From Alphaproteobacteria bacterium (GTDB taxonomy: Bacteria; Pseudomonadota; Alphaproteobacteria; SPJN01), in the NCBI GenBank assembly GCA_965229935.1, contig CBDDKB010000002.1:322178-386177 (forward strand): 64,000 nucleotides of DNA. The letters are read 5' to 3'. The first letter of the stretch is position 1. The number at the start of each line of letters is the position of its first letter. Both the position numbers and the translations under genes were made by a program. The notes under the pieces were generated by a model that searched no databases, was not told the DNA's origin, and saw only the letters and a list, made by a program, of their open reading frames with translations. This document shows positions 27,256-38,161 of this stretch, piece after piece.

Positions 27256-28130
27256 CGTGTCGGCACAGGCGCATCGCCTGAATAGTCATAAAAGCCGCGT
27301 CCGGCTTTGCGGCCCAGCCACCCGGCCTCGACATATTTGACCAAAAGCGGGCAGGGGCGGTATTTGCTGTCAGCAAAGCCATCATACAACACCTGCATGA
27401 TGGCAAGACAGGTATCAAGCCCGATGAAGTCTGCCAGCTCAAGCGGGCCCATCGGGTGATTGGCACCCAGTTTCAGGCTCATATCAATTGCTTCAACGCC
27501 GCCGACACCTTCATAAAGCGTGTAAATCGCCTCGTTGATCATGGGGACCAAAATACGGTTGACGATAAAGGCGGGGAAATCCTGTGCGAAAGTCGCTGTC
27601 TTGTTCAGCTGTTTGACCATTTGGGTCACCGCATCAAACGTTTCGTCTGACGTTGCGATGCCGCGGATCAGTTCAACCAACTGCATAACCGGGACCGGGT
27701 TCATGAAGTGCATCCCGACAAAGCGGTCCTGCCGATCCGTTGCCGCACCAAGCCGCGTGACAGAGATAGAGCTTGTGTTGGTCGCGATGATCGCCTCAGG
27801 CTTTAGGTGGGGGTAAAGCGATTTGAAGATAGCGGTCTTGATCTCTTCATTTTCAATTGCAGCTTCAATGACAATATCGGCATCGGCAAAGCCCGCATAA
27901 TCGCTTGTGGTGTTGATGCGTCCCAAAAGGGCGTCCCGGCCAGCTTCATCAAGCTTGCCCTTGGCGATCATCCGGTCCAGGCCTTTTGAGATTGTGGCTG
28001 AAACAGAATTCAGCACATCTTCGTTTACGTCAGAGACGATGACCTGATAGCCCGCATCTGCGCAAACCTGCACAATGCCGCGTCCCATCTGCCCCGCGCC
28101 GATAACACCAACTGTTCCGATATTTGTCAT
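27252..28130 (-). CDS. hbd: 3-hydroxybutyryl-CoA / 3-hydroxyacyl-CoA dehydrogenase
   Basis: N-terminal GVIGAGQMGRGIVQV Rossmann fold and C-terminal 3HCDH domain. Confidence 0.85.
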   Translation of the reverse strand: MTNIGTVGVIGAGQMGRGIVQVCADAGYQVIVSDVNEDVLNSVSATISKGLDRMIAKGKLDEAGRDALLGRINTTSDYAGFADADIVIEAAIENEEIKTAIFKSLYPHLKPEAIIATNTSSISVTRLGAATDRQDRFVGMHFMNPVPVMQLVELIRGIATSDETFDAVTQMVKQLNKTATFAQDFPAFIVNRILVPMINEAIYTLYEGVGGVEAIDMSLKLGANHPMGPLELADFIGLDTCLAIMQVLYDGFADSKYRPCPLLVKYVEAGWLGRKAGRGFYDYSGDAPVPTR

Positions 28131-28185
28131 CTTACTGCTCCTGAATTTGCTGCGTTATAGACCGCCTGATCAGGGCTGCCAAGGT

Positions 28186-29247
28186 TCAAGCTGGTGTGGT
28201 GTCCATGCCTAATGACGCATCATAAAGGTCGATTGAATCAACAACAGCGTCAGAATCGTCAAATCCGGCGATGTGAAACAGTGCATCCCCATTATTGACA
28301 AGCGGCAGCAAGCTTTGTCCGATTATGATGCCGCTGGTATTGGCCAGCACGGTCATCTTGTTGGACCCGAACGGATCAGATATCACCGCCAATCGGTCGC
28401 CTTTTTTGACGGCGGCGCCAATGGCCTTATAGCTGCGGAGACAGCCGCTTTGGGGCGCGCGTACCCATTTTGACGATCGGGCGATATGTGTGTCATGTTC
28501 CTTGTGTCGTCCTTTAGTGGGCGTGGGGCGTAACATGTTGATCTTTTCCATAACGGTAAAGATCCCGGCAAGCCCGGTGCGGACAACCTTGTCTTCAAAC
28601 CGATGGGCTTGTCCCCCTTCAAATACCAGCATTGGGATGCCCTGTTCCATCGCAACCGCGCGTAAGGAGCCATCGCGTAACGTCGAATTGATCATGACAG
28701 GAACATTGAAAGCATGCGCAAGGTCGGCTGTTGCTGCATCATCCAGACAGGCGCGAATTTGTGGCAAATTGGTGCGATGGTTAGCGCCTGTGTGAAGGTC
28801 AATGCCATGCGTTGCCTTATTCACAATTTCGGTAGTGAGTATATGCGCGAACTGACCTGCGAGTGACCCGGTGGCTGAGCCGGGGAAACAGCGGTTCAAA
28901 TCACGACGGTCCGGCAGATAGCGTGATTGCCTATTGAAACCGAATACATTGACGACGGGCACAGCAATCAGTGTGCCGCAAAGTTGCTTGGGATTGATCC
29001 GGCGGCTGACCAAAAGGCGACGAATAATCTCTACCCCATTAATCTCATCGCCGTGGATTGCGGCGGTAACGAACAAGGTAGGGCCGGGGTTTTTACCATG
29101 CACCACTTCGACCGGCATAGTGACATCCATATGGTCATAGGTCTTAGCGACCGGGATTTCCAATTGCCGTCGCCTGCCCGGTGGGATGCGGGTGTTGTAG
29201 ATATGAAAATCAGCCTGATCAGCAGGGGCGGGTGATTGCGTGGTCAT
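28186..29247 (-). CDS. succinylglutamate desuccinylase/aspartoacylase (AstE/AspA) family zinc hydrolase
   Basis: AIHGDEINGVE zinc-binding motif, M14-like fold. Confidence 0.75.
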   Translation of the reverse strand: MTTQSPAPADQADFHIYNTRIPPGRRRQLEIPVAKTYDHMDVTMPVEVVHGKNPGPTLFVTAAIHGDEINGVEIIRRLLVSRRINPKQLCGTLIAVPVVNVFGFNRQSRYLPDRRDLNRCFPGSATGSLAGQFAHILTTEIVNKATHGIDLHTGANHRTNLPQIRACLDDAATADLAHAFNVPVMINSTLRDGSLRAVAMEQGIPMLVFEGGQAHRFEDKVVRTGLAGIFTVMEKINMLRPTPTKGRHKEHDTHIARSSKWVRAPQSGCLRSYKAIGAAVKKGDRLAVISDPFGSNKMTVLANTSGIIIGQSLLPLVNNGDALFHIAGFDDSDAVVDSIDLYDASLGMDTTPA

Positions 29248-29265
29248 CTTGGTCTGTCATCCAGA

Positions 29266-29302
29266 ACATAAAAAACGCCGCCGCAAAATTTGCGACGGCG
29301 TT
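29266..29302 (-). terminator. rho-independent terminator downstream of etfA (minus strand)
   Basis: Hairpin AACGCCGCCGC/GCGACGGCGTT (1 mismatch) followed on the minus strand by a TTTTTAT run. Confidence 0.5.
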
Positions 29303-29327
29303 AATCTTTATCGCTGTTTTGAATTAG

Positions 29328-30269
29328 TTAAAGAACTTTTTTCAGCTCTTCTTCCAGTTCCGGAACAGCATTGAACAGGTCAGCGACCAGGCCATAATCA
29401 GCGACAGAGAAGATCGGTGCTTCTTCGTCCTTATTGATGGCGACGATGACCTTTGAGTCCTTCATACCGGCCAGATGCTGGATCGCGCCGGAAATACCGA
29501 CAGCGATGTAAAGCTCGGGCGCAACAACCTTACCGGTCTGACCGACCTGATAGTCATTGGGCACAAAGCCTGCATCAACAGCGGCGCGTGAGGCACCAAC
29601 GCCTGCGCCCAGCAGGTCAGCAACTTTTTCCAGCATGGGGAAGTTGTCGCCTGACTGCATGCCGCGACCGCCTGAAACGACGATCTTGGCTGAGGTCAGC
29701 TCAGGACGTTCGGACTTGCTCAACTCTTCACCAATGAAGGTTGAAAGGCCGGGGTCGCCAGCAGCAGCAACAGCTTCAACAGCGGCAGAGCCACCTTCGG
29801 CAGCAGTTGCGCCAAAGGCTGTTGTGCGGACTGTGATGACCTTTTTAGCGTCAGATGACTGCACCTTGGCCATAGCGTTACCGGCATAAATCGGACGCAC
29901 GAATGTATCTGCGCTTTCAACGGCAGTGATTTCAGAAATCTGCATCACGTCCAAAAGGGCAGCAACACGCGGCATCACGTTTTTGCCTGATGTTGTGGCG
30001 GGTGCCACGATGGCGTCATAGTCGCCAGCCAGTGAAACAACCAGGTCAGCTTTAGGTTCTGCCAGACGGTTTGCATAGATCGCATCGTCAGCCAGAAGAA
30101 CCTTGCCGCAACCGTCGATTTTTGCAGCGGCATCTGCTGCGCCCTGGCAGCCAGAGCCGGTGACCAGCACATGCACGTCACCGCCCAGTGCTTTCGCAGC
30201 GGTGAAGGCTTTCAGCGTGGAATCGTTTAGACCATCGCCATGATGATCGGCAATCAATAGGGTCGTCAT
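29328..30269 (-). CDS. etfA: electron transfer flavoprotein alpha subunit
   Basis: 313 aa. FAD-binding C-terminal domain, [14 protein letters not shown] motif. Confidence 0.9.
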   Translation of the reverse strand: MTTLLIADHHGDGLNDSTLKAFTAAKALGGDVHVLVTGSGCQGAADAAAKIDGCGKVLLADDAIYANRLAEPKADLVVSLAGDYDAIVAPATTSGKNVMPRVAALLDVMQISEITAVESADTFVRPIYAGNAMAKVQSSDAKKVITVRTTAFGATAAEGGSAAVEAVAAAGDPGLSTFIGEELSKSERPELTSAKIVVSGGRGMQSGDNFPMLEKVADLLGAGVGASRAAVDAGFVPNDYQVGQTGKVVAPELYIAVGISGAIQHLAGMKDSKVIVAINKDEEAPIFSVADYGLVADLFNAVPELEEELKKVL

Positions 30270-31018
30270 CCGATCACTCCTGCTTCATTTTTCAGTTTGT
30301 CGACCAGTTCGGCGACGGTTTCAACCTTGATACCGGCTTCGCGTGCGGGCGGTTCTGTCACTTCCAGAACGCTCAAACGCGGGGCAACATCAACGCCAAG
30401 CTCTTCAACGGTTTTTTCGTCGATGGGCTTTTTCTTGGCCTTCATGATGTTGGGCAGTGAGGCATAGCGCGGCTCGTTCAGGCGCAGGTCGGTGGTGACG
30501 ACTGCGGGCATTGCGACTTCAATCGTCTGCAAACCGCCGTCGATTTCACGGGTGACTTTTGCCTTGCCGTCTGCGATTTCAAGCTCAGAGGCAAATGTAG
30601 CCTGGCTCCACCCCAAAAGGGCGGCCAGCATCTGACCTGTCTGGTTTGAATCATCGTCAATGGCCTGCTTGCCAACGATCACAAGATCGGGGCTTTCAGC
30701 AGCAACGAGTTCTTTCAGGATTTTCGCAACGCCGAGAGGTTCAACCTCTGCATCGGTCTTGACCAGAATGCCGCGATCGGCACCCATGGCAAGGGCGGTA
30801 CGAATGGTTTCTTGCGCCTGCTGCGGGCCGACGGAAACGGCGATAACTTCAGTTGCGACACCGGCTTCTTTAAGGCGGACTGCCTCTTCAACCGAGATTT
30901 CGTCAAACGGATTCATCGACATTTTTACATTGGCAAGATCAACGCCAGTCTTGTCAGACTTGACGCGAATTTTGACATTGTAGTCAACGACCCGCTTCAC
31001 AGGGACCAGTACTTTCAT
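30266..31018 (-). CDS. etfB: electron transfer flavoprotein beta subunit
   Basis: 250 aa, [20 protein letters not shown]-terminus. 4-nt overlap with etfA. Confidence 0.9.
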   Translation of the reverse strand: MKVLVPVKRVVDYNVKIRVKSDKTGVDLANVKMSMNPFDEISVEEAVRLKEAGVATEVIAVSVGPQQAQETIRTALAMGADRGILVKTDAEVEPLGVAKILKELVAAESPDLVIVGKQAIDDDSNQTGQMLAALLGWSQATFASELEIADGKAKVTREIDGGLQTIEVAMPAVVTTDLRLNEPRYASLPNIMKAKKKPIDEKTVEELGVDVAPRLSVLEVTEPPAREAGIKVETVAELVDKLKNEAGVIG

Positions 31019-31175
31019 GGACTGTCGTCTCCGTAATTGTGGGGTGAACTTTTTAGACGGGGCGGAGACTACTTGCCGTGCGCGTAAGGGTCAATGTGCC
31101 CGTTCACTGAATCTGTGCGGCACCCTGTCTCTTTTTCGGACGGAATGTCGCAGATTGCACCGATTCAGACCTGAA

Positions 31176-31757
31176 TCAGCCCTGATTGCCGCCGGGCACC
31201 CATTTTACGTCACCTGCACCACTTTTCAGATTGACCCAGCGGGAAGCGACAAACAACAGGTCAGACAATCGGTTCAGGTAGCGAATCGCCGCCTGATTGA
31301 CGTCTTCAGGTGCCTGTTCGGCAAGCAAAGTAGCCTGCCGTTCGGCCCGCCTGACCACGGTGCGCGCCTGATGCAGATAGGCGGCGGCGGGATGACCGCC
31401 GGGCAGCACAAAACTATCAAGGGGGGCAAGTTCCCCATTCAGGCGATCAATATCGCTTTCCAGGCGGTCAACTTGCGCATCTGTCGTGCGCAAGGGTGTC
31501 CAGCCAAGGTCAGGGCTGTCAGGGGTGGCAAGGTCTGCGCCCAGATCGAACAGATCGTTCTGGATCATGCCCATCATCTCGTCCAATGGGGGCCAATCAG
31601 TCAGGTGAAGCCGTACAATACCCAATATGGCGTTGGCTTCATCACATGTGCCATAGGCATCAATGCGCGGGTCATGCTTTGCCACCCGGTCGCCTGTGGC
31701 AAGGGCGGTTGTGCCCTTATCCCCGGTCTTAGTGTAGATTTTCGTCAGCTTGACCAT
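31176..31757 (-). CDS. PduO-type ATP:cob(I)alamin adenosyltransferase
   Basis: N-terminal KIYTKTGDKGTT and DEANA motifs. Start taken at MVKLTK (31757). Confidence 0.8.
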   Translation of the reverse strand: MVKLTKIYTKTGDKGTTALATGDRVAKHDPRIDAYGTCDEANAILGIVRLHLTDWPPLDEMMGMIQNDLFDLGADLATPDSPDLGWTPLRTTDAQVDRLESDIDRLNGELAPLDSFVLPGGHPAAAYLHQARTVVRRAERQATLLAEQAPEDVNQAAIRYLNRLSDLLFVASRWVNLKSGAGDVKWVPGGNQG

Positions 31758-31780
31758 ATGTCCCCGCAAAAAGCCTTGCT

Positions 31781-31978
31781 CTAAACACCCTTGATATAAA
31801 GCAGTGTCATCAACAGGACGACTGCAACAAACTGGGCGATGATGCGTAACCGCATCAACTTGTTGGAACGTGTCCGTGCCTCTGCATTATTGTTGAACAT
31901 ATTCAACACGCCAATACCCAACACAATCAATGTGATGGCCATAGCAACGGGGATCAGATAATTAAGGGCGGTTTCCAT
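31781..31978 (-). CDS. twin-transmembrane-helix small protein (HIG1-like)
   Basis: 65 aa, two hydrophobic helices separated by an NNNAEARTRSNK loop. Confidence 0.5.
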   Translation of the reverse strand: METALNYLIPVAMAITLIVLGIGVLNMFNNNAEARTRSNKLMRLRIIAQFVAVVLLMTLLYIKGV

Positions 31979-33610
31979 CTAGTTATTACCTTCCAGAACA
32001 CGGCGCGCAATGACTTGCGCCTGAATTTCAGCGGCCCCCTCGAATATATTCAGAATACGCGCGTCGGCGAGCAAGCGCGATGCGGCAAATTCCATGGAAA
32101 AGCCATTGCCGCCATGAATTTGCAGCGCATTGTCAGCATTGGCCCAGGCGATGCGCGCGCCCAAAAGCTTTGCCATGCCAGCCTCAAGATCACAGCGCTT
32201 GCCTTCATCCTTGGCGCGGGCCGCGAAATAGGTCAACTGACGGGCGATCATGGTTTCAACCGCCATCATGCACAGCTTATGCGCCACGCGGGGGAAGCCG
32301 AAAATCGCCTTGCCAAACTGTTTACGGTCCAGCGCATAGGCAAGACCGTTTTCCATCGCCGCTTGGGCAACGCCAACGGCGCGGGCTGCGGTTTGAATGC
32401 GGGCGCTTTCAAACGTCCGCATCAATTGTTTGAAGCCTTGGCCCTGCTCACCGCCTAGCAGACCTGAGTCAGGCACAAAAAAGCCTTCAAAGCGCAGATC
32501 ATATTCCTTCATGCCGCGATAGCCGATGACGCCGATTTCGCCGCCCTCCATGCCATCAGCGGGAAAGTCATTATCGTCGGTGCCGCGCGGCTTTTCACCC
32601 AACAACATGCTTAGGCCTTTATAGCCCGGTGCATCCGGATTGGTGCGAACCAGCATGGTCATCATATTGGCGCGGGCGGCATGGGTGATCCATGTCTTGT
32701 TGCCGGTCACTGACCAGCCGCCTTCGACCTTGTTGGCGCGGGTTTTCAAATTGGCAAGGTCGGACCCGGTGTCAGGTTCAGTAAAGACGGCGGTGGGCAA
32801 AATCTCACCGCTAGCGATCTTGGGCAGGTAATGTGCCTTTTGGTCGTCAGTGCCGCCGCCCAAAATCAGCTCTGCCGCAATTTCTGAGCGTGTGCCAAGC
32901 GAGCCTACGCCGATATAGCCGCGGCTGAGTTCTTCGGACACAACGCACATGGCCATTTTGCCAAGGCCTGCGCCGCCAAACTGTTCCGGGATGGTTAGGC
33001 CAAAGACGCCAAGGGCGCACATATCGTCAACCACGTCCATGGGGATCAACTCGTCCCGCAAGTGCCAGCCATGGGCATAAGGCGCGACCTTATCGTCGGC
33101 AAAGCGGCGGAATTGCTGCTGCACCATGCCCATCGTGTCATCAAGGGCGAGGGAGCCGAAATCGTGCCGCTCCAACGCGGGCGCAAGGTTGATCACCTTG
33201 TCAGGATATGTGCCTTCTGCAATCAGCCGTTCAATCGCGCCTGTTTTAAAGGCGGCCAGGTCATCCTCTGTCAGGCCCAATTGATGGGGGCGGATCACCT
33301 CGTTCTGGCTCATCATCACGCCGTGGGCGAATTGATTGAGATACTCGCCAAAGCCGATCTCGAGCAGCAGCGCATCTGTTTCATTCAGGCTGGGCAGTCC
33401 TGTGGCCCAGTTATGAAGCTGGCGCAGACTTTCGGCATAGGTCGCAACCCAGGCAAAGCCGTGAATGGTGAATTGATTGGCGTCGATTGTTTTCGCACTT
33501 ATGGTTCCTTCATCACCAAAGCGCGCAATCAGGGCCGCCCGCGCACGGGCCACATAGTCATCAACGGCGTTGAGCGCCGCTGCACAATCCTGCAAAAGCT
33601 GTGCGGTCAT
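31979..33610 (-). CDS. acyl-CoA dehydrogenase family protein (long form with N-terminal extension)
   Basis: 543 aa. ACAD middle and C-terminal domains (GSDLANLKT, IFEGAAEIQ). Confidence 0.85.
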   Translation of the reverse strand: MTAQLLQDCAAALNAVDDYVARARAALIARFGDEGTISAKTIDANQFTIHGFAWVATYAESLRQLHNWATGLPSLNETDALLLEIGFGEYLNQFAHGVMMSQNEVIRPHQLGLTEDDLAAFKTGAIERLIAEGTYPDKVINLAPALERHDFGSLALDDTMGMVQQQFRRFADDKVAPYAHGWHLRDELIPMDVVDDMCALGVFGLTIPEQFGGAGLGKMAMCVVSEELSRGYIGVGSLGTRSEIAAELILGGGTDDQKAHYLPKIASGEILPTAVFTEPDTGSDLANLKTRANKVEGGWSVTGNKTWITHAARANMMTMLVRTNPDAPGYKGLSMLLGEKPRGTDDNDFPADGMEGGEIGVIGYRGMKEYDLRFEGFFVPDSGLLGGEQGQGFKQLMRTFESARIQTAARAVGVAQAAMENGLAYALDRKQFGKAIFGFPRVAHKLCMMAVETMIARQLTYFAARAKDEGKRCDLEAGMAKLLGARIAWANADNALQIHGGNGFSMEFAASRLLADARILNIFEGAAEIQAQVIARRVLEGNN

Positions 33611-33613
33611 TTG

Positions 33614-34819
33614 TTAGACCCGCTCCAACACCATGGCGATACCTTGACCGACACCGATGCACATTGTGGTCAGTGCATATTTGCCGCCATTATGTTGCAG
33701 CTCACGCGCCGCAGTCATGACAAGCCGTGTGCCTGATGCGCCAAGCGGATGGCCCAACGCAATGGCGCCGCCATTAGGATTGATGCGCGGGTCATCATCC
33801 GCAACACCAAGTGAGCGGGTAACGGCCAGCGCTTGGGCGGCAAATGCCTCGTTCAACTCAAGCACATCCATATCATCCATGGTCAGGCCAAGCCGACCGA
33901 GCAGACGATCGGTTGCGGGGGCAGGGCCGATGCCCATGACGCGCGGCAACACACCGATTGAGGTCATGGCCACAATGCGGGCAATGGGGGTGAGTGAGTG
34001 TTCTTTGATGGCGGCTTCAGATGCCACCAACGCGGCGGCGGCCCCATCATTCACGCCTGATGCGTTGCCAGCCGTGACCGTGCCGCCCTCGCGGAAGGGT
34101 GTCGGCAGCTTGGCTAGCTGTTCGAGTGTGGTTTCGGGCCGGGGGTGTTCGTCCCGGTCCACAATGATCGGATCTTTTTTCCGCTGCGGGATGGTGACGG
34201 GGACAATCTCCTCAGCCAGACGTCCGCTTTCCATTGCGCGGCCAGCCTTTTGCTGAGACCAATGGGCGAACTTGTCCTGATCGTCGCGGGACACCTGATA
34301 ATCCTCTGCCACGTTCTCGGCAGTTTCGGGCATAGCCTCGGTGCCGAATTGTTTGTGCATGACGGGGTTGGGGAAACGCCAGCCAATCGTCGTGTCATAC
34401 ATTTTCACATTGCGGTCAAAGGCATTGTTTGCCTTGGCCATCACATAGGGCGCGCGCGACATGCTTTCGACGCCGCCAGCCAAAATAAAGTCAGCCTCGT
34501 CCGCCTTAATCGCGCGGGCGGCCAAGCCAACAGATTCCATGCCTGAACCGCACAGCCGGTTCACGGTTGCACCCGGCACGTCGGGCGAAATGCCGGCAAG
34601 CAGCGCGCCCATGCGGGCGACATTGCGATTGTCTTCGCCTGCCTGATTGGTATTGCCATAGATCACATCATCAAGGCGGCTGAAGTCAGCGCCCTTGTTG
34701 CGTTCCATCAATGCCTTCATCGGCACGGCGGCAAGATCGTCCGCGCGTACCGCAGACAAAGACCCGCCAAAGCGGCCAATGGCCGTCCGCGCGGTATCAC
34801 AGATAAATGCGTCAGCCAT
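33614..34819 (-). CDS. acetyl-CoA C-acyltransferase / 3-ketoacyl-CoA thiolase (PcaF/PaaJ-like)
   Basis: Thiolase active-site motifs: NRLCGSG (Cys), NEAFAAQ, and GHPLGASG near the C-terminus. Confidence 0.9.
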   Translation of the reverse strand: MADAFICDTARTAIGRFGGSLSAVRADDLAAVPMKALMERNKGADFSRLDDVIYGNTNQAGEDNRNVARMGALLAGISPDVPGATVNRLCGSGMESVGLAARAIKADEADFILAGGVESMSRAPYVMAKANNAFDRNVKMYDTTIGWRFPNPVMHKQFGTEAMPETAENVAEDYQVSRDDQDKFAHWSQQKAGRAMESGRLAEEIVPVTIPQRKKDPIIVDRDEHPRPETTLEQLAKLPTPFREGGTVTAGNASGVNDGAAAALVASEAAIKEHSLTPIARIVAMTSIGVLPRVMGIGPAPATDRLLGRLGLTMDDMDVLELNEAFAAQALAVTRSLGVADDDPRINPNGGAIALGHPLGASGTRLVMTAARELQHNGGKYALTTMCIGVGQGIAMVLERV

Positions 34820-34847
34820 TGGCTTTCTCCTTTAAATCGTAAAAGCG

Positions 34848-35867
<1,020 letters not shown>

Positions 35868-36746
35868 TTATGAGGATTTGGCGAGCCTGTTCAAGGCTTC
35901 TTCCATGATCTTGTTCCGGTCCCAACCAGATTGACGGAGGGTCAGCAAAGCCACGTCATCTGCCCGTTTGGCAAGACGGCGGCCCTGATCGTCCACAATC
36001 AACCCGTGATGGGCATATTTAGGGGCCGGTAGATCAAGTAATGCCTGTAACAGGCGGTGCAGGCCCGTTGCCTCGAAAATATCCTGTCCACGTGTGACGA
36101 GCGTGATTCCATCTGCGGCGTCATCCACAACAACCGCCAAATTATAGGACGTGCCGATATCCTTGCGCGCCAGCACAACATCGTCGATCGCACCATAATC
36201 CACTTGGTATGTGGCAGGTCTATAGGCCAATTCTTCAAATTGCAGAGGGCCCGCCATATCAGCAGCTTCTTTGGTGTTGAGGCGCAGGGCATAGGGCTCT
36301 GCCGCCATGCGGGCTTGGCGCTCATCCTCTGACAGGTGCCTGCATGTGCCGGGGTAGAAATTGCCATCAGGGCCGTGTGGCGCAGTGACGGAACGGGCAA
36401 TATCCTTCCGCGTACAAAAACAGGGATAGAGCAAGCCCCGGTCCTGCAATTGCCTGAGCGCCGCCTGATAGGCTGGCATGCGTGTCGATTGGGCCGGGGT
36501 TTCGCGGTCTGGTGTTAGCTCAAGGAAAGCCAGATCTTCGCGGATCGCGTCATAAAATTCCGGGCGGCAGCGCGTATGGTCGGTATCTTCGATCCTGAGC
36601 AGATAGGTGCCATCCGTGGCGTGGGCGCATTGCTGCACAAATAAGGCCGAATAGGCATGGCCCAGATGTAATCGCCCGGTGGGAGAGGGGGCAAAGCGCG
36701 TGACTTGCGGCGGCAGGTCCAGAATTGATTTTGGCAGGCTCATCAT
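35868..36746 (-). CDS. gluQ: tRNA glutamyl-Q(34) synthetase
   Basis: Truncated GluRS catalytic domain with HLGH-type signature RFAPSPTGRLHLGHA, no anticodon-binding domain. Start re-called at about 36746. Confidence 0.8.
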   Translation of the reverse strand: MMSLPKSILDLPPQVTRFAPSPTGRLHLGHAYSALFVQQCAHATDGTYLLRIEDTDHTRCRPEFYDAIREDLAFLELTPDRETPAQSTRMPAYQAALRQLQDRGLLYPCFCTRKDIARSVTAPHGPDGNFYPGTCRHLSEDERQARMAAEPYALRLNTKEAADMAGPLQFEELAYRPATYQVDYGAIDDVVLARKDIGTSYNLAVVVDDAADGITLVTRGQDIFEATGLHRLLQALLDLPAPKYAHHGLIVDDQGRRLAKRADDVALLTLRQSGWDRNKIMEEALNRLAKSS

Positions 36747-36796
36747 TGTGGGGGGCAGCAAAACACCATAATGTCCATTTTTACAAGGGGGATGAG

Positions 36797-37453
36797 ATGC
36801 CACAAATACCTGAGCCGCCACGACGCTTTAAAACAGACGCAGATTTGAAGCCGGGCCTTGTTTGGCTTTCGGGGCAGCATACAATGTTTGATAAGGCGCT
36901 GCAGGAGACGGGCGGCGTGCAATTGCGCCTGCGTCCGGGCGGCTTTTCCGCCCTTGTGGGGATGATTGTCCACCAGCAAGTGTCACTGGCTGCTGCGGCC
37001 TCCATCCTTAAAAAAGTCAGGGCAGGGGTGCGCCCCATGACACCTGAACGGGTGCTTGAGCTGACTGAGGATGAGTTGCGGGCCTGCGGACTTAGCCGGC
37101 CCAAAATCAAAAGCCTGCGCGGCATGTCTGCTATGCTGGTCAGGGGGGAGGTACGGCTGGGTGGACTTCAGCGTAAGTCGGATGATGATGCGCGCGCGGC
37201 GCTTGTGTCCCTGCCCGGGATTGGCCCCTGGACGGCTGAGGTTTATTTGCTGTCCTGTTTGGGGCGGCCTGATGCCTTCCCCGACAATGATGTGGGCCTG
37301 CAGGAATCGGTACGCCTGTTGACGGGGGACCGTCCCTCCACCAAGGAACTGGCCGCAATGGCAGAAGACTGGCGACCTTGGCGCGGCGTCGCGGCGCGGG
37401 TGTTATGGACCTATATCAATCATGTCCGCTCCAAGGACTATCAGTCAGCCTAA
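36797..37453 (+). CDS. DNA-3-methyladenine glycosylase II-like (HhH-GPD superfamily, AlkA-type)
   Basis: HhH-GPD motif LPGIGPWTAEVYLLSCLGRPDAFPDNDVGL with catalytic Asp. Start at MPQIPEPP (36797) with GGGGGA SD. Confidence 0.75.
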   Translation: MPQIPEPPRRFKTDADLKPGLVWLSGQHTMFDKALQETGGVQLRLRPGGFSALVGMIVHQQVSLAAAASILKKVRAGVRPMTPERVLELTEDELRACGLSRPKIKSLRGMSAMLVRGEVRLGGLQRKSDDDARAALVSLPGIGPWTAEVYLLSCLGRPDAFPDNDVGLQESVRLLTGDRPSTKELAAMAEDWRPWRGVAARVLWTYINHVRSKDYQSA

Positions 37454-37483
37454 AACCACGCCCTACCAGATGATGCGGTCAGG

Positions 37484-37516
37484 CCACAAAAAAATGCATC
37501 ATCTTGTGGACTTTTT
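37484..37516 (+). terminator. weak terminator-like hairpin after the glycosylase gene
   Basis: CCACAA/TTGTGG stem with 14-nt loop followed by ACTTTTTCT. Confidence 0.3.
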
Positions 37517-37600
37517 CTGAAGATTGACTAAATTCGGTAACATGTTCGGGTTAGAGCTTACCTCGTTACCGCTCTAACACACTGCCAAAGGGAGACCCCG

Positions 37601-38161
37601 ATGGACGTCGCGTTACCGCGTCTGGAACAATGTCACGCCTTAGTGCTCAATGCCGATTACAAGCCATTGAGCTATTATCCCTTGTCCTTGTGGCCCTGGC
37701 AGGAAGCTGTCAAATCGGTCTTTTTGGACAGGGTGAATGTTCTTGCCGAATATGAAAAGACGGTCGCAAGCCCCAGCTTTGAAATGAGGCTGCCTTCCGT
37801 CATCTCTCTGAAATCTTATGTAAAGCCGGCCCGTGTGCCGGCTTTTACGCGTTTTAACCTGTTTTTGCGCGATCGGTTCCAATGCCAGTATTGCGGCAGC
37901 GGGCAGGATTTAACCTTTGATCATGTCATTCCACGCTCAAAAGGCGGGGTCACAAGCTGGGAAAATATCACAACCGCCTGCGCGCCGTGCAATTTGAAAA
38001 AGGGCGGGCGCATGCCGCAAGAGGCACAGATGATCCCGCGTCAAAAGCCCTATCGTCCGGGCATGATGCAGCTGCATAATAATGGGCGCAAATTCCCGCC
38101 CAACTATCTGCATGAAAGCTGGTACGACTTCCTTTACTGGGATATCGAGCTGGAGAAATAA
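37601..38161 (+). CDS. HNH endonuclease family protein
   Basis: CQYCG...DHVIPRSKGG...WENITTACAPCNLKKG HNH/zinc-finger motif. 5' UTR contains the hairpin GTTAGAGC-N13-GCTCTAAC at 37550-37578. Confidence 0.75.
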   Translation: MDVALPRLEQCHALVLNADYKPLSYYPLSLWPWQEAVKSVFLDRVNVLAEYEKTVASPSFEMRLPSVISLKSYVKPARVPAFTRFNLFLRDRFQCQYCGSGQDLTFDHVIPRSKGGVTSWENITTACAPCNLKKGGRMPQEAQMIPRQKPYRPGMMQLHNNGRKFPPNYLHESWYDFLYWDIELEK

